The notes below the pieces were generated by a model, which did not search any database, was not told the origin of the DNA, and was given only the letters and a program-made list of their open reading frames with translations. Of a stretch of 64,000 nucleotides of DNA, positions 27,233-37,056 are shown in pieces; position 1 is the first letter of the stretch; each line of letters starts with the position of its first letter. The DNA is from Candidatus Omnitrophota bacterium (GTDB lineage: Bacteria > Omnitrophota > Gorgyraeia > Tantalellales > Tantalellaceae), in assembly GCA_043813915.1 (NCBI GenBank), contig JBDRKO010000012.1, positions 37,457-101,456 on the forward strand, given 5' to 3'. The position numbers and the translations under genes are program-made.

Positions 27233-27454
27233 ATGGAACAACGAGTGAAAGACGCGATAGAAAAGGTGAGGCCGCTTTTGCAGAGAGACGGCGGTGATGT
27301 TGAGTTCGCCGCGCTTGAAGGAAAAACGGTAAAAGTGCGTCTTAAAGGAGCATGCTGCGGATGTCCGATGAGCCAGATGACGATCAAGAGCGTAGTAGAA
27401 GAGACCATCAAGAGGGAAGTTCCGGAAATAGAAAAAGTTGAGAACGTCATGTGA
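27233..27454 (+). CDS. NifU-like Fe-S cluster assembly protein (Nfu/NifU C-terminal domain).
   Basis: It carries the motif GACCGCPMSQMTIK. The start is the ATG at 27233, after an AGGAGGG RBS. Confidence 0.75.
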   Translation: MEQRVKDAIEKVRPLLQRDGGDVEFAALEGKTVKVRLKGACCGCPMSQMTIKSVVEETIKREVPEIEKVENVM

Positions 27455-27456
27455 TC

Positions 27457-28605
27457 ATGAAAACCATATATCTTGATGCCAATGCCGCAACGCGGCTGGA
27501 CCCGGAAGTGCTCGCTGAGATGATGCCGTTCCTGGGCGGAACCTACGGAAACGCTTCGAGCGCGCATATCTTGGGAAGAGAAGCGAAAAAACATATCGAG
27601 CTGGCCAGAAGAAGAGTAGCGGCCTTGATAGGAGCGGATCTTCCCGAAGAGATAATGTTCACATCCGGCGGGACCGAAGCCGATAATGCCGCGATAATAA
27701 GCGTGGCGGAAGCGCTGCGTCTGAAGGGTAACCATATAATAACTTCTTCAGTCGAACATCCGGCCGTCCTGAATACCTGCAGATACCTGGAAAAGAAGGG
27801 GTATAGCGTTACATATCTAAAAGCGGACAAATACGGGATGATAGATCCCCTTGAGGTAAAGGACTCCTTAACGGATAGGACGATATTAATAACCGTTATG
27901 ACGGCCAATAATGAGACCGGGACGATCATGCCGATACGGGAGATAAAAGATATTGCCCGGGAAAGAGAGGTTCTTTTCCATACGGACGCCGTGCAGGCGG
28001 CAGGAAAGATAAAGATCAATGATCGCGGCCCGGCAGCGGATATGATCTCTTTGTCCGGGCACAAGATGAACGGACCCAAAGGTGTAGGGGCATTGTATGT
28101 CAAAAAAGGGATAACATTCACTCCTTTTATCCGCGGCGGACATCAGGAAAACGGGAAAAGGGCCGGGACGGAGAACACGGCGGGTATTGTAGGGATGGGG
28201 AAAGCCAGCGAGAACGCGCGGGAAAAAGGCGAGGAGAGGAAAGAAAAGGTCAAGAGAATGAGGGATCGGCTATACGGCGATATAAAGAAAAAAGTGGACG
28301 CGAAAATAGAGCTTAACGGACATCCTTCGGAAAGACTGCACAATACTTTGAACGTAAGTTTTGAAGGGGTCAATGGAGAGTCTTTGGTCCTTGCCATGGA
28401 CCTGGAAGGGGTGTGTATTTCAACCGGGTCGGCATGTACATCGGGCTCTCAGGAGTCATCGCATGTTCTTAAGGCTATGGGACTTGACGACGACAGGGTA
28501 AACGGCGCGGTAAGGTTCTCTTTGGATCATTTTAATACGGACAGTGAAATTGAAGAAGCTTCGGACCGGCTTAAGGAGAGAGTGGCCCGAATAAGAGATA
28601 TATAA
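27457..28605 (+). CDS. Cysteine desulfurase (class V aminotransferase, NifS/IscS).
   Basis: It has the PLP motif SLSGHKMNGPKG and the active-site loop SSGSACTS. It overlaps the nifU-like gene's stop codon. Confidence 0.85.
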   Translation: MKTIYLDANAATRLDPEVLAEMMPFLGGTYGNASSAHILGREAKKHIELARRRVAALIGADLPEEIMFTSGGTEADNAAIISVAEALRLKGNHIITSSVEHPAVLNTCRYLEKKGYSVTYLKADKYGMIDPLEVKDSLTDRTILITVMTANNETGTIMPIREIKDIAREREVLFHTDAVQAAGKIKINDRGPAADMISLSGHKMNGPKGVGALYVKKGITFTPFIRGGHQENGKRAGTENTAGIVGMGKASENAREKGEERKEKVKRMRDRLYGDIKKKVDAKIELNGHPSERLHNTLNVSFEGVNGESLVLAMDLEGVCISTGSACTSGSQESSHVLKAMGLDDDRVNGAVRFSLDHFNTDSEIEEASDRLKERVARIRDI

Positions 28606-28685
28606 GCTTTTAAAACACTAACAAATAAAAAAGTGGGAATATTTTTAATATTCATGTATAATACTACGGGATAAAAGTGACAAAC

Positions 28686-29243
28686 ATGGAAAGTAAAGAG
28701 GAACTACGAAAGGAGATAATAAGGCGTCTGAAGGACCAAGATCCAGCGTTGCGGGACAAAAGAAGCCGGAAAATACAGGAGAGATTTCTTGCAAGCGAAG
28801 AATTCAAAGCCTGTAGAACTGTTATGACTTACGTTTCTTTGACAACCGAGGTAGATACGAGCATGATCAACGAAGAAGCATTGAGATCGGGAAAGAGGGT
28901 CGCGGTTCCGTATCTGGGACCGGGAGAAGAGAGAATAATAGCTTCTAAGCTTACGGCTATAAAAGACTTGGAAAAAGGGCCTTTCGGCATATGTCAGCCG
29001 AAAAAAAGCCGCGTTGAAGAGGTGCCGCCGGAAGAAATAGACCTGGTAGTGGTTCCGGCGATAGCATATGACACCGATAATATGCGGCTAGGGAGAGGAA
29101 AAGGTTTTTATGATAGATTTCTCGCGGAAAAACACCTTTCCCGTATCCCGACAGTCGGCCTAGCCTTCGGTTTCCAAGTAGTAGAACATCTCCCCTCAGA
29201 CCCACATGACAGACCGGTTTTTCGGGTAATAACCGATATGTGA
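28686..29243 (+). CDS. 5-formyltetrahydrofolate cyclo-ligase.
   Basis: It has the motif GRGKGFYDRFL and an ATP-binding N-terminus. The start may instead be the GTG at 28677. Confidence 0.75.
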   Translation: MESKEELRKEIIRRLKDQDPALRDKRSRKIQERFLASEEFKACRTVMTYVSLTTEVDTSMINEEALRSGKRVAVPYLGPGEERIIASKLTAIKDLEKGPFGICQPKKSRVEEVPPEEIDLVVVPAIAYDTDNMRLGRGKGFYDRFLAEKHLSRIPTVGLAFGFQVVEHLPSDPHDRPVFRVITDM

Positions 29244-29299
29244 ACTCAACCAAGTGTATTTGGTGCCAAGACGTCCTTCTTATTAAAAGGGAGGAACAT

Positions 29300-30871
29300 A
29301 TGACAGGAAACAACATGTGGCACGATTTCGGATTTGCCTTCTTAGGCGGGATATTTTTCTTCATATTGGGATATATTTTGCGCAAATACACCGCCAAGAT
29401 GAAGATCAAACGCGCCGAAGACAAAGCCAAGACCATAATCAACGAATCAAAACTGGACGCTGAAAAAAGAAAAAGGGAATCCATCCTTGAAGCTAAGGAC
29501 CTTTCCCTGAAGATGAGGGCGGAATTCGAAGAAGAAGCAAAAGAGCGGCGTAAAGAACTTCTCGTTACGGAGAAAAGACTGATCCAGAAAGAAGAGAATA
29601 TCGACAAAAAAGCGTCGTTAATGGATCAGAAGGAGAAAGACCTGAAGCAGGTCGAAGAAGCCGCCACCTTAAAACACGAAGAAGCGGCTCGGAAAAAGGA
29701 CGAAATGGAGCGGCTTATACAGGATGAAAAAGTAAAGCTGCAGGAAATATCCGGGATGAGCAAAGAGCAGGCCAAGAGCATGCTGATAGAAAAAATGACG
29801 GCGGAAGCCAGGCAGGATGCCGCTCTTGAAGTAAAAAGGATACAGGAAGAGACTAAAGAGAAAGCGGATAGAGAAGCCCGCAAGATAGTCGGCCTGGCTA
29901 TACAGAAATGCGCGGTCGATCATACCGTCGAGACCACGGTAAGTGTTGTGCATTTGCCGTCCGAAGAGATGAAAGGCCGTATAATCGGCAGAGAAGGAAG
30001 AAATATCCGCGCATTAGAGATGGCCACGGGAGTGGATATCATCATAGATGATACGCCGGAGGCCGTTATCATATCAGGGTTCGATAAATTCCGCAGAGAA
30101 ATAGCCAGAATATCCCTTGAACGTCTTCTTGAGGACGGAAGGATACATCCCGGCCGGATAGAGGAAGTTGTAGGAAAGGTCAAGAAGGAGATGGAAGCCG
30201 CGATCAAGGTGGAAGGGGATAACACTCTCCTGGACCTCGGGATACACGGCGTGCATACCGAGCTGGTAAAACTTCTGGGAAGACTGAAATTCCGCACAAG
30301 TTACGGACAGAACGTTCTTCAGCATTCAAAGGAGACGGCATATCTCATGGCTACCATGGCCGGGGAACTTAGGCTGGATATCGCGTTAGCTAAAAGGATA
30401 GGGATACTGCACGATATAGGCAAGGCCGTATCGCACGAAATGGAGGGGACGCACGCGTCTTTAGGAGCGGATCTTGCCAAAAAGTACGGGGAACACGATA
30501 TCGTGGTGCATGCCATCGCCGCGCATCATGGGGACGTCGAGCCTAAGACACTTCTGGCCGTATTGGTGCAGGCGGCCGACGCGGTAAGCGCAAGCCGTCC
30601 CGGAGCGCGCAGGGAGAGCCTGGAACATTATATAAAACGTCTCGAGAATCTTGAGGCCATAGCCAATGAGTTCGAAGGAGTGGAAAAGACATTCGCCATA
30701 CAGGCCGGACGGGAGATCAGGGTAATAGTCAAACCCGAAAAGGTCGATGATGTCGCGACCGCTGTTCTGGCGCAGGAGATGAAAAAGAAAATAGAAGAAA
30801 GGCTGCAGTATCCGGGACAGATAAAAATAGTGGTTATCCGGGAGACTAGGTCGATAGAATACGCGAAATAG
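29300..30871 (+). CDS. rny: Ribonuclease Y.
   Basis: It has an N-terminal TM helix, a KH domain (GRIIGREGRNIRALE) and an HD domain (HSKETAYL...HDIGK). A strong AAGGGAGG RBS precedes the ATG at 29300. Confidence 0.85.
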   Translation: MTGNNMWHDFGFAFLGGIFFFILGYILRKYTAKMKIKRAEDKAKTIINESKLDAEKRKRESILEAKDLSLKMRAEFEEEAKERRKELLVTEKRLIQKEENIDKKASLMDQKEKDLKQVEEAATLKHEEAARKKDEMERLIQDEKVKLQEISGMSKEQAKSMLIEKMTAEARQDAALEVKRIQEETKEKADREARKIVGLAIQKCAVDHTVETTVSVVHLPSEEMKGRIIGREGRNIRALEMATGVDIIIDDTPEAVIISGFDKFRREIARISLERLLEDGRIHPGRIEEVVGKVKKEMEAAIKVEGDNTLLDLGIHGVHTELVKLLGRLKFRTSYGQNVLQHSKETAYLMATMAGELRLDIALAKRIGILHDIGKAVSHEMEGTHASLGADLAKKYGEHDIVVHAIAAHHGDVEPKTLLAVLVQAADAVSASRPGARRESLEHYIKRLENLEAIANEFEGVEKTFAIQAGREIRVIVKPEKVDDVATAVLAQEMKKKIEERLQYPGQIKIVVIRETRSIEYAK

Positions 30872-30900
30872 AGAATTAAAGGTCACCAGTTACCAGGTTA

Positions 30901-30944
30901 CCCCTGCCTGCCGGTTTACCTGCCGTAGGCATGGCAGGCAGGAA
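30901..30944. repeat. Composite palindrome cccCTGCCTGCCGGtttaCCTGCCgtaggcatGGCAGGCAGGaag.
   Basis: It is related to the CCTGCCTGCCGGCAGGCAGG palindromes at 32015 and 63759. Confidence 0.7.
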
Positions 30945-31003
30945 GTCACCGGTGACTAGGAAACTGGATACTGGTGATCACTTACAGGAAAGCTAGGGTT
31001 ATT

Positions 31004-31780
31004 ATGAGAATATTGTTCCTGGGAGACATAGTGGGGAGTCCCGGACGCGGGATAATCAAGAACCGTATTGCCGATCTTAAGAAAACGAAGAAGATCGACT
31101 GCGTTATCGCCAACGGGGAGAACGCGGCCGGCGGCAGCGGACTTACTCCTAAGATCGCCGAAGAACTGTTCGCCAGCGGGATAGATGTGCTGACGTCCGG
31201 TGACCATATATGGAAGAAAAAAGAGATATTTGACGTCCTCAGGACGACGAGCCGGCTTCTCCGTCCGGCGAACTATCCCGAAGGATCGCCCGGGTCCGGT
31301 TCCACGGTGATCGAAACGCCGAGCTCCGGAAAGGTGGGTGTGATAAACCTTATAGGACGCGTTTTTATGGAAGCGGTGGAATGTCCTTTTCGCACGGCCG
31401 AAAAAGAGATCGCTAAAATAAAGGACAAGACATCCGTCATTATCGTTGATATGCACGCGGAAGCGACAAGCGAAAAAGTCGCTCTGGGGTGGTATCTTGA
31501 CGGAAAGGTAAGCGCTGTTCTCGGAACGCATACGCATATACAAACGGCGGACGAAAAGATCCTTGATAACGGGACAGCGTATATTACGGATTGCGGGATG
31601 ACCGGTCCGTATGATTCCGTTATCGGAAGAAAAAAAGAGAATGTCATAGAAAGATTTATCACTCAGATGCCGGCCAGGTTCGAGGTAGCCGAGGGAAAAG
31701 TCGAAATGCACGGGGTTCTCTTGGACGTAGACGAAAAGACAGGCAAGGCGCGGAGTGTAGAGAGAGTGCAGGAGAGGTAA
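31004..31780 (+). CDS. YmdB-like metallophosphoesterase.
   Basis: The N-terminus MRILFLGDIVGSPGR matches. The rny-ymdB adjacency is as in Bacillus. Confidence 0.8.
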   Translation: MRILFLGDIVGSPGRGIIKNRIADLKKTKKIDCVIANGENAAGGSGLTPKIAEELFASGIDVLTSGDHIWKKKEIFDVLRTTSRLLRPANYPEGSPGSGSTVIETPSSGKVGVINLIGRVFMEAVECPFRTAEKEIAKIKDKTSVIIVDMHAEATSEKVALGWYLDGKVSAVLGTHTHIQTADEKILDNGTAYITDCGMTGPYDSVIGRKKENVIERFITQMPARFEVAEGKVEMHGVLLDVDEKTGKARSVERVQER

Positions 31781-31928
31781 GTGTTAAGATGTAAGTATTA
31801 AGTAATAAGTGTTGTTGGCGGGATGACGTGTAATGTTTTATGTGTAATGTGTGATGGGAAAGAGAAAAGAAGTCAGAGGACAGACGTCAGAAATCAGAGT
31901 GACGAGGGAAGAAGGACGAAGCCCAATA

Positions 31929-32054
31929 TTGTCATCCCGACCGAACGGAGGGAGTGGAGGGATCTGGATAAATGGACATCGGAATCGGGAGATCCCGATG
32001 CACCTCGAGCATTGCCTGCCTGCCGGCAGGCAGGCGGCTCACTCGGGATGACAA
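31929..32054. mobile_element. MITE-like 126-bp element with 12-bp perfect terminal inverted repeats TTGTCATCCCGA / TCGGGATGACAA.
   Basis: It shares the TIRs and internal segments (ggaatcgggagatcccgat; the palindrome CCTGCCTGCCGGCAGGCAGG) with the element at 63666..63821. Confidence 0.5.
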
Positions 32055-32105
32055 CGGAAGTATCGTTCACGAATTACAAATTACGAATTACGAATCACGA
32101 AAAAC

Positions 32106-33359
32106 ATGAAAGACGCAATGATCTATACTGTTACCCAGCTTACGCGGGACCTGAGGGACCTTTTGGAAGAAGCGTTCGCCAAGATCTGGGTGGAAGGGGA
32201 GATCTCGAATTACACGGTCTCATCGGCGGGGCACGCGTATTTCAGTTTAAAAGATAAAGAAAGCCTGCTTAATTGTGTTCTTTTCAAGGGGAGCGGGTCG
32301 AAAATAAAATTTACCGTCAAAGACGGAATGCAAGTCGTATGCGCCGGACGTATAAGCGTGTACGATAAAAGAGGACAATACCAGCTGTATGCGTCGGAAA
32401 TAGAACCTAAGGGGAAGGGAGCTCTTCAGCTGGCTTTCGAACAGTTAAAGGACAAACTTTCCAAAGAAGGTATTTTTGACGAAAAACATAAAAAGGCGAT
32501 ACCGCGCGTTCCCCTGCATGTAGGTATAGTTACATCGCCCACCGGAGCCGCCATAAAAGATATATTAAAGGTCGCGAAAAGACGGTTCGAGAATGTCGAT
32601 ATATCCATACGGCCGGTCAGGGTGCAGGGAGAAGGATCCGCCTCGGAAATAGCGGAAGCGATAAAAGAGCTTAACGATTATAATGGGTATATAGAAAGGA
32701 CCTCGTCCGGCGAGCATCCGATCGATGTCATAATAGTAGGACGCGGAGGAGGAAGCCTGGAAGACCTATGGTCCTTCAACGAGGAAGAAGTAGCCAGGGC
32801 AATTTACAATTCGAATATTCCTGTCGTAAGCGCCGTAGGGCATGAAATAGATTACACAATATCGGATTTTACCGCGGATATGCGCGCACCCACCCCATCG
32901 GCAGCGGCGGAGCTGATCCTGCCTAGGAAAGAGGATCTTATAGCCAGGATCACCCAATCTAGGAGAGGCTTGTATTCCGCGATGAAGGCAACCGTCGAGA
33001 ACCTAAGGACAACGGTAGAAGGGTTAGGAGAAAGTTATGTCCTGAGAAATCCCGTTAATGTGCTTCTTAGGATGAAACAGGAGATAGATGAAAAAGTCAG
33101 AGGGATCAATACTTTCATCTCGCATTTTCTGGATATCAAGCGCAAAGACTTGAACGGTTTGGCCGGCAAACTGCATATGTTAAGTCCGCTTGCCGTGCTT
33201 GAAAGAGGATACAGCATCACTTTGTCGGGCGGCAGCGCCATAAAAGACATAAGATCGGTAAGAAAGGGAGATAGTATAGAGACCCGCATGCACGGCGGAT
33301 ATATATCCAGCACGGTTATCGGGGTCAGTACCCCCGGGCGGGGCAAGGAGGAGGCATGA
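32106..33359 (+). CDS. xseA: Exodeoxyribonuclease VII large subunit.
   Basis: It has an OB-fold N-terminus and catalytic-domain motifs. It overlaps xseB. Confidence 0.85.
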   Translation: MKDAMIYTVTQLTRDLRDLLEEAFAKIWVEGEISNYTVSSAGHAYFSLKDKESLLNCVLFKGSGSKIKFTVKDGMQVVCAGRISVYDKRGQYQLYASEIEPKGKGALQLAFEQLKDKLSKEGIFDEKHKKAIPRVPLHVGIVTSPTGAAIKDILKVAKRRFENVDISIRPVRVQGEGSASEIAEAIKELNDYNGYIERTSSGEHPIDVIIVGRGGGSLEDLWSFNEEEVARAIYNSNIPVVSAVGHEIDYTISDFTADMRAPTPSAAAELILPRKEDLIARITQSRRGLYSAMKATVENLRTTVEGLGESYVLRNPVNVLLRMKQEIDEKVRGINTFISHFLDIKRKDLNGLAGKLHMLSPLAVLERGYSITLSGGSAIKDIRSVRKGDSIETRMHGGYISSTVIGVSTPGRGKEEA

Positions 33360-33580
33360 AAGATACAAATTTCGAAAAAGACCTTCAAAAACTCGAGAAG
33401 ATAGTAGCGGAACTTGAAGATGGGGAATTTTCGCTGGATTCGTCAATGAAAAAATATGAAGAAGGGATAAAACTTGCCCGCGCATGCCGGGAACAGCTGG
33501 AAAAAGCCCAGAAAAAAATAGAGATACTTATAAAAAAAGACGAAAACCTTTTTGAAAAACGGCCGTTTGAGGAAACTTGA
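33356..33580 (+). CDS. xseB: Exodeoxyribonuclease VII small subunit.
   Basis: It is 74 aa with a coiled-coil motif LEKIVAELEDGE.SLD. It overlaps xseA by ATGA. Confidence 0.8.
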   Translation: MKDTNFEKDLQKLEKIVAELEDGEFSLDSSMKKYEEGIKLARACREQLEKAQKKIEILIKKDENLFEKRPFEET

Positions 33581-33601
33581 AAGAGTGCAAAGAAGGAATA
33601 A

Positions 33602-35479
33602 ATGGGAACATTGCTTGATAAGATATCCTCTCCGGAGGACTTGAAAGAGCTCAGCATGGAGCAGTTGAAAGCCCTTGCCGGCGAGATAAGGGAAACGATA
33701 ATCAATGTTACATCCGAGAAAGGCGGGCATGTAGCCGCAAGTCTAGGAGCGGTGGAACTGGCCATAGCGCTCCACTATTGTCTGGACAGCCCAAAAGACA
33801 AGATCATATGGGACGTGGGGCATCAGAGCTATGCCCATAAACTGCTTACGGGCAGAAGAGAGAGATTCGGTACCTTAAGGGAAATGGGAGGGCTCAGTGG
33901 ATTTCCTCTCGCCGAAGAAAGCGAGCATGACCCGTTCACCTGCGGACATAGTTCTACTTCTATTTCAGCGGCTCTGGGAATGGCGTCCGCGAGGGACATA
34001 TCCGGGCAGGATAACAAAGTGGTCGCCGTGATCGGGGACGCGGCCTTGTCCACCGGCTTGGCATTCGAGGGGATGAATAATGCCGGCAACAAGCAGACCA
34101 ACCTGGTGGTGATATTGAACGATAATGAACATTCGATATCCAAGCCTGTAGGAGCGATGAGCAGATATCTTAATACCGTTATCACTAACCCGCTGTATAA
34201 CAAGGTGAGGCAGGAAGCCGAAAAGATCGTTAAGGGAATACCTAAACTGGGCCCGGCCGCGTATAATACGGTAAAAAAATTCCAAGAAGGCCTGAAAAAC
34301 CTTCTGGTCCCGGGTATAATTTTTGAAGAACTGGGGTTTCGGTATTTCGGGCCCATAGACGGGCACGATCTTAAGCAACTTATATCTACATTGCAGAAGA
34401 TATTACCTTTTAAAGAACCTGTTTTTATCCACGCAATGACCAAAAAAGGAAAAGGATACAAGTTCGCGGAAGAAGATCCCACCAGATTCCACGGGGTGAA
34501 CTTTTTTAATATCGCGACAGGCAGAACGGAAGCAGCGGACCCGAAAGGTAAGACATTCACGGAATATTTTTCCGATAAGATGGTAGAACTGGGGGAAAGG
34601 GATAAAAGAGTTGTCGCTATAACAGCGGCGATGCCTGACGGCACGGGACTCTCGGCATTCGCCAAAAAGTTCCCGAAACGGTTCTTTGATGTCGGGATAA
34701 CCGAACCGCATGCGGTAACTTTTTCCGCGGGGCTCGCGAAAGGCGGACTTAGACCCGTAGTAGCGGTTTATTCCACTTTTCTTCAGAGGGCGTATGATCA
34801 GCTTATACACGATGTTGCTCTGCAGAAACTCCCGGTGATCTTTTGTCTGGACAGGGCCGGGCTTGTCGGTAAGGACGGGCCTACGCATCACGGCGTTTTT
34901 GATATCCCCTACACGAGGAGTTTGCCGAATTTCACTGTCATGGCGCCTAAAGACGGAGAAGAGATGAAGCGCATGATGGACCTGTGTTTGGAATTGGAAG
35001 GACCTTCGGTCCTCAGATACCCCAGGGATACAGCCGGCCAGCTTGTAGGCATATCTTCCTGCGAGCCGCTAAAAAAAGGAAAAAGCGAAGTTTTGAGAGA
35101 AGGTAAGGACCTGACTATTTTAGCTATAGGAAGCATGGTGAATACCGCGCTTTCGGCCGCGAACATATTGTCAAAAAAAGGTATAGAGGCAACGGTAATT
35201 AACGCGCGTTTTATAAAACCTTTGGATGCGGAAATGCTGGAAGAACTGCCCCGCAATAAACGCAGAATATTCACTCTTGAAGAAGGGGTCGTTTCCGGAG
35301 GGTTCGGGAGCGGCGTGCTGGAATTCTTCGAGAGAGAGAATATAGCGAATATAAAGATAAGATGTTTGGGCCTGCCGGACGAGTTCATAGAGCATGGCGG
35401 CAGAGAAGAGCTTTTGAGAAAATATCACTTATCGGCTCCTGAAATAGCGGAAACGATACAGTCGGAACTAGGAAGATGA
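33602..35479 (+). CDS. dxs: 1-deoxy-D-xylulose-5-phosphate synthase.
   Basis: It has the TPP-binding motif GDGA.STG and transketolase-like domains. Confidence 0.9.
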   Translation: MGTLLDKISSPEDLKELSMEQLKALAGEIRETIINVTSEKGGHVAASLGAVELAIALHYCLDSPKDKIIWDVGHQSYAHKLLTGRRERFGTLREMGGLSGFPLAEESEHDPFTCGHSSTSISAALGMASARDISGQDNKVVAVIGDAALSTGLAFEGMNNAGNKQTNLVVILNDNEHSISKPVGAMSRYLNTVITNPLYNKVRQEAEKIVKGIPKLGPAAYNTVKKFQEGLKNLLVPGIIFEELGFRYFGPIDGHDLKQLISTLQKILPFKEPVFIHAMTKKGKGYKFAEEDPTRFHGVNFFNIATGRTEAADPKGKTFTEYFSDKMVELGERDKRVVAITAAMPDGTGLSAFAKKFPKRFFDVGITEPHAVTFSAGLAKGGLRPVVAVYSTFLQRAYDQLIHDVALQKLPVIFCLDRAGLVGKDGPTHHGVFDIPYTRSLPNFTVMAPKDGEEMKRMMDLCLELEGPSVLRYPRDTAGQLVGISSCEPLKKGKSEVLREGKDLTILAIGSMVNTALSAANILSKKGIEATVINARFIKPLDAEMLEELPRNKRRIFTLEEGVVSGGFGSGVLEFFERENIANIKIRCLGLPDEFIEHGGREELLRKYHLSAPEIAETIQSELGR

Positions 35480-35480
35480 T

Positions 35481-35702
35481 ATGGAAGAAAAAAAGAAATT
35501 GCGGATAAGAACGGAAAGATGCAAGGGATGCGGGCTCTGCATTAACGTATGCCCTTCCGGACATCTGAGCATGTCCGATGGAGTGAATAAACGAGGATCT
35601 AAATATGTTACGCTCAAAGAAGGCGGGAAGTGCACTTTATGCGGGATGTGCGCGGTAATCTGTCCTGATTGCGCTATAGAGATCAGAGAAGATGAAGGAT
35701 AG
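35481..35702 (+). CDS. 4Fe-4S ferredoxin, the probable delta subunit of the 2-oxoacid:ferredoxin oxidoreductase.
   Basis: It has two CxxCxxCxxxCP clusters. Confidence 0.7.
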   Translation: MEEKKKLRIRTERCKGCGLCINVCPSGHLSMSDGVNKRGSKYVTLKEGGKCTLCGMCAVICPDCAIEIREDEG

Positions 35703-35862
35703 ACGGTCCGAAGGAAGAGAGACGAAGGACGAAAGACGTGTTATGCGAGAAGTAGAAGTAGAAATGCTAACCTGGTTAGAAGATGCCAGGTTAGTATAAA
35801 ACCAGATCATTTACTTGGCAGCGTTAACCAGGTTAGATCGTACTTAACCTTATATTCAGGAC

Positions 35863-35970
35863 ATGAAACAGAAATATTTATGTACAGGAAATGAAGCTTG
35901 CGCGGAAGGCGCCGAGAACGTAATGTTCGAGGTGCGTCGAAACGCCCCTGTTTCGACGTTCCGATAAAAA
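35863..35970 (+). pseudogene. Diverged duplicate of the first 17 codons of the downstream oxidoreductase alpha gene (MKQKYLCTGNEACAEGA), fused to repeat copy B. It forms a 35-codon ORF.
   Basis: Nt 35863..35913 align to 35998..36048 with about 8 substitutions, mostly synonymous. The repeat element starts at 35908. Confidence 0.5.
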
Positions 35971-35997
35971 AATGAATGCTGAACGGTAAACTTGATC

Positions 35998-37056
35998 ATG
36001 AAGCAAAAATATCTATTTACAGGTAATGAAGCGTGCGCTGAAGGAGCGCTCCGCGCGGGATGCCGTTTTTACGCGGGGTATCCTATAACCCCGCAGAACG
36101 AGCTCATTGCCTACATGGCGCTTCATATGGAAGAACGCGGCGGCGTGTTCATACAGTCCGAAAGCGAACTTGCGGCGGTCAATATGGTGTTAGGAGCTTC
36201 TGCCGCGGGAGCGCGGGCTATGACAAGTTCGTCCTCACCGGGGATAAGCCTGAAACAGGAGGGTATATCGTATATGGCGGGGTGTGAACTGCCGGCCGTT
36301 ATAGTGAACGTAATGAGAGGGGGTCCCGGCCTTGGTAACATTTCCGCTTCACAATCAGATTATTTTCAGGCGACGAAAGGCGGAGGCCACGGAGATTACA
36401 GGATCATAGTTCTTGCTCCGTCAAGCGTGCAGGAGATGTTCGATCTTACCTTCAACGCGTTCACGCTAGCGGATAGATATAACACTCCCGTAATGGTGCT
36501 TTCGGACGGGCTTTTAGGACAGATGATGGAACCTCTCGAATATGACGAGGAGAGAGCTCCTGCCGGTATTGTGGATAAACCGTGGGCGATGAAAGGCTCG
36601 AAAGGGAACGCCGCCAAAAGCGTAAAAAGTCTGTATCTCGGGGACGGAGTGCTGGAAGCGCTCAATACAAAACTTCAAAAAAAATACGGAGAAATAAAGA
36701 GTAAAGAACCCATAGCCGAACTCTACAAATGCGATGACGCGGAAATAGTGCTTGTTGGGTACGGGTCCGTAGGACGTATACTGATGTCATGCGTGGATAT
36801 TCTAAGAAAAGAAGGCATTAAAGCCGGAGCGGTCAGACCGATAACTTTGTGGCCGTTCCCATGCGAGGCGATAAAGAAGCTCGCGGAAAAGATAAAGAGG
36901 TTCTTTGTGGTCGAAATGAGCGCGGGTCAGATGGTGGAAGATGTGATGCTCGCCGCTGAAGGAAGAACAAAAGTGGATTTTTATGGACGGACAGGCGGAG
37001 GTATCCCGCAGGAAGAGGATATAATAAAAGAAATAAAGAAAGTTCGTAGTAGGTAG
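35998..37056 (+). CDS. 2-oxoacid:ferredoxin oxidoreductase alpha subunit.
   Basis: The N-terminus LFTGNEACAEGALRAGCRFYAGYPITP matches KorA/OorA. Confidence 0.8.
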   Translation: MKQKYLFTGNEACAEGALRAGCRFYAGYPITPQNELIAYMALHMEERGGVFIQSESELAAVNMVLGASAAGARAMTSSSSPGISLKQEGISYMAGCELPAVIVNVMRGGPGLGNISASQSDYFQATKGGGHGDYRIIVLAPSSVQEMFDLTFNAFTLADRYNTPVMVLSDGLLGQMMEPLEYDEERAPAGIVDKPWAMKGSKGNAAKSVKSLYLGDGVLEALNTKLQKKYGEIKSKEPIAELYKCDDAEIVLVGYGSVGRILMSCVDILRKEGIKAGAVRPITLWPFPCEAIKKLAEKIKRFFVVEMSAGQMVEDVMLAAEGRTKVDFYGRTGGGIPQEEDIIKEIKKVRSR

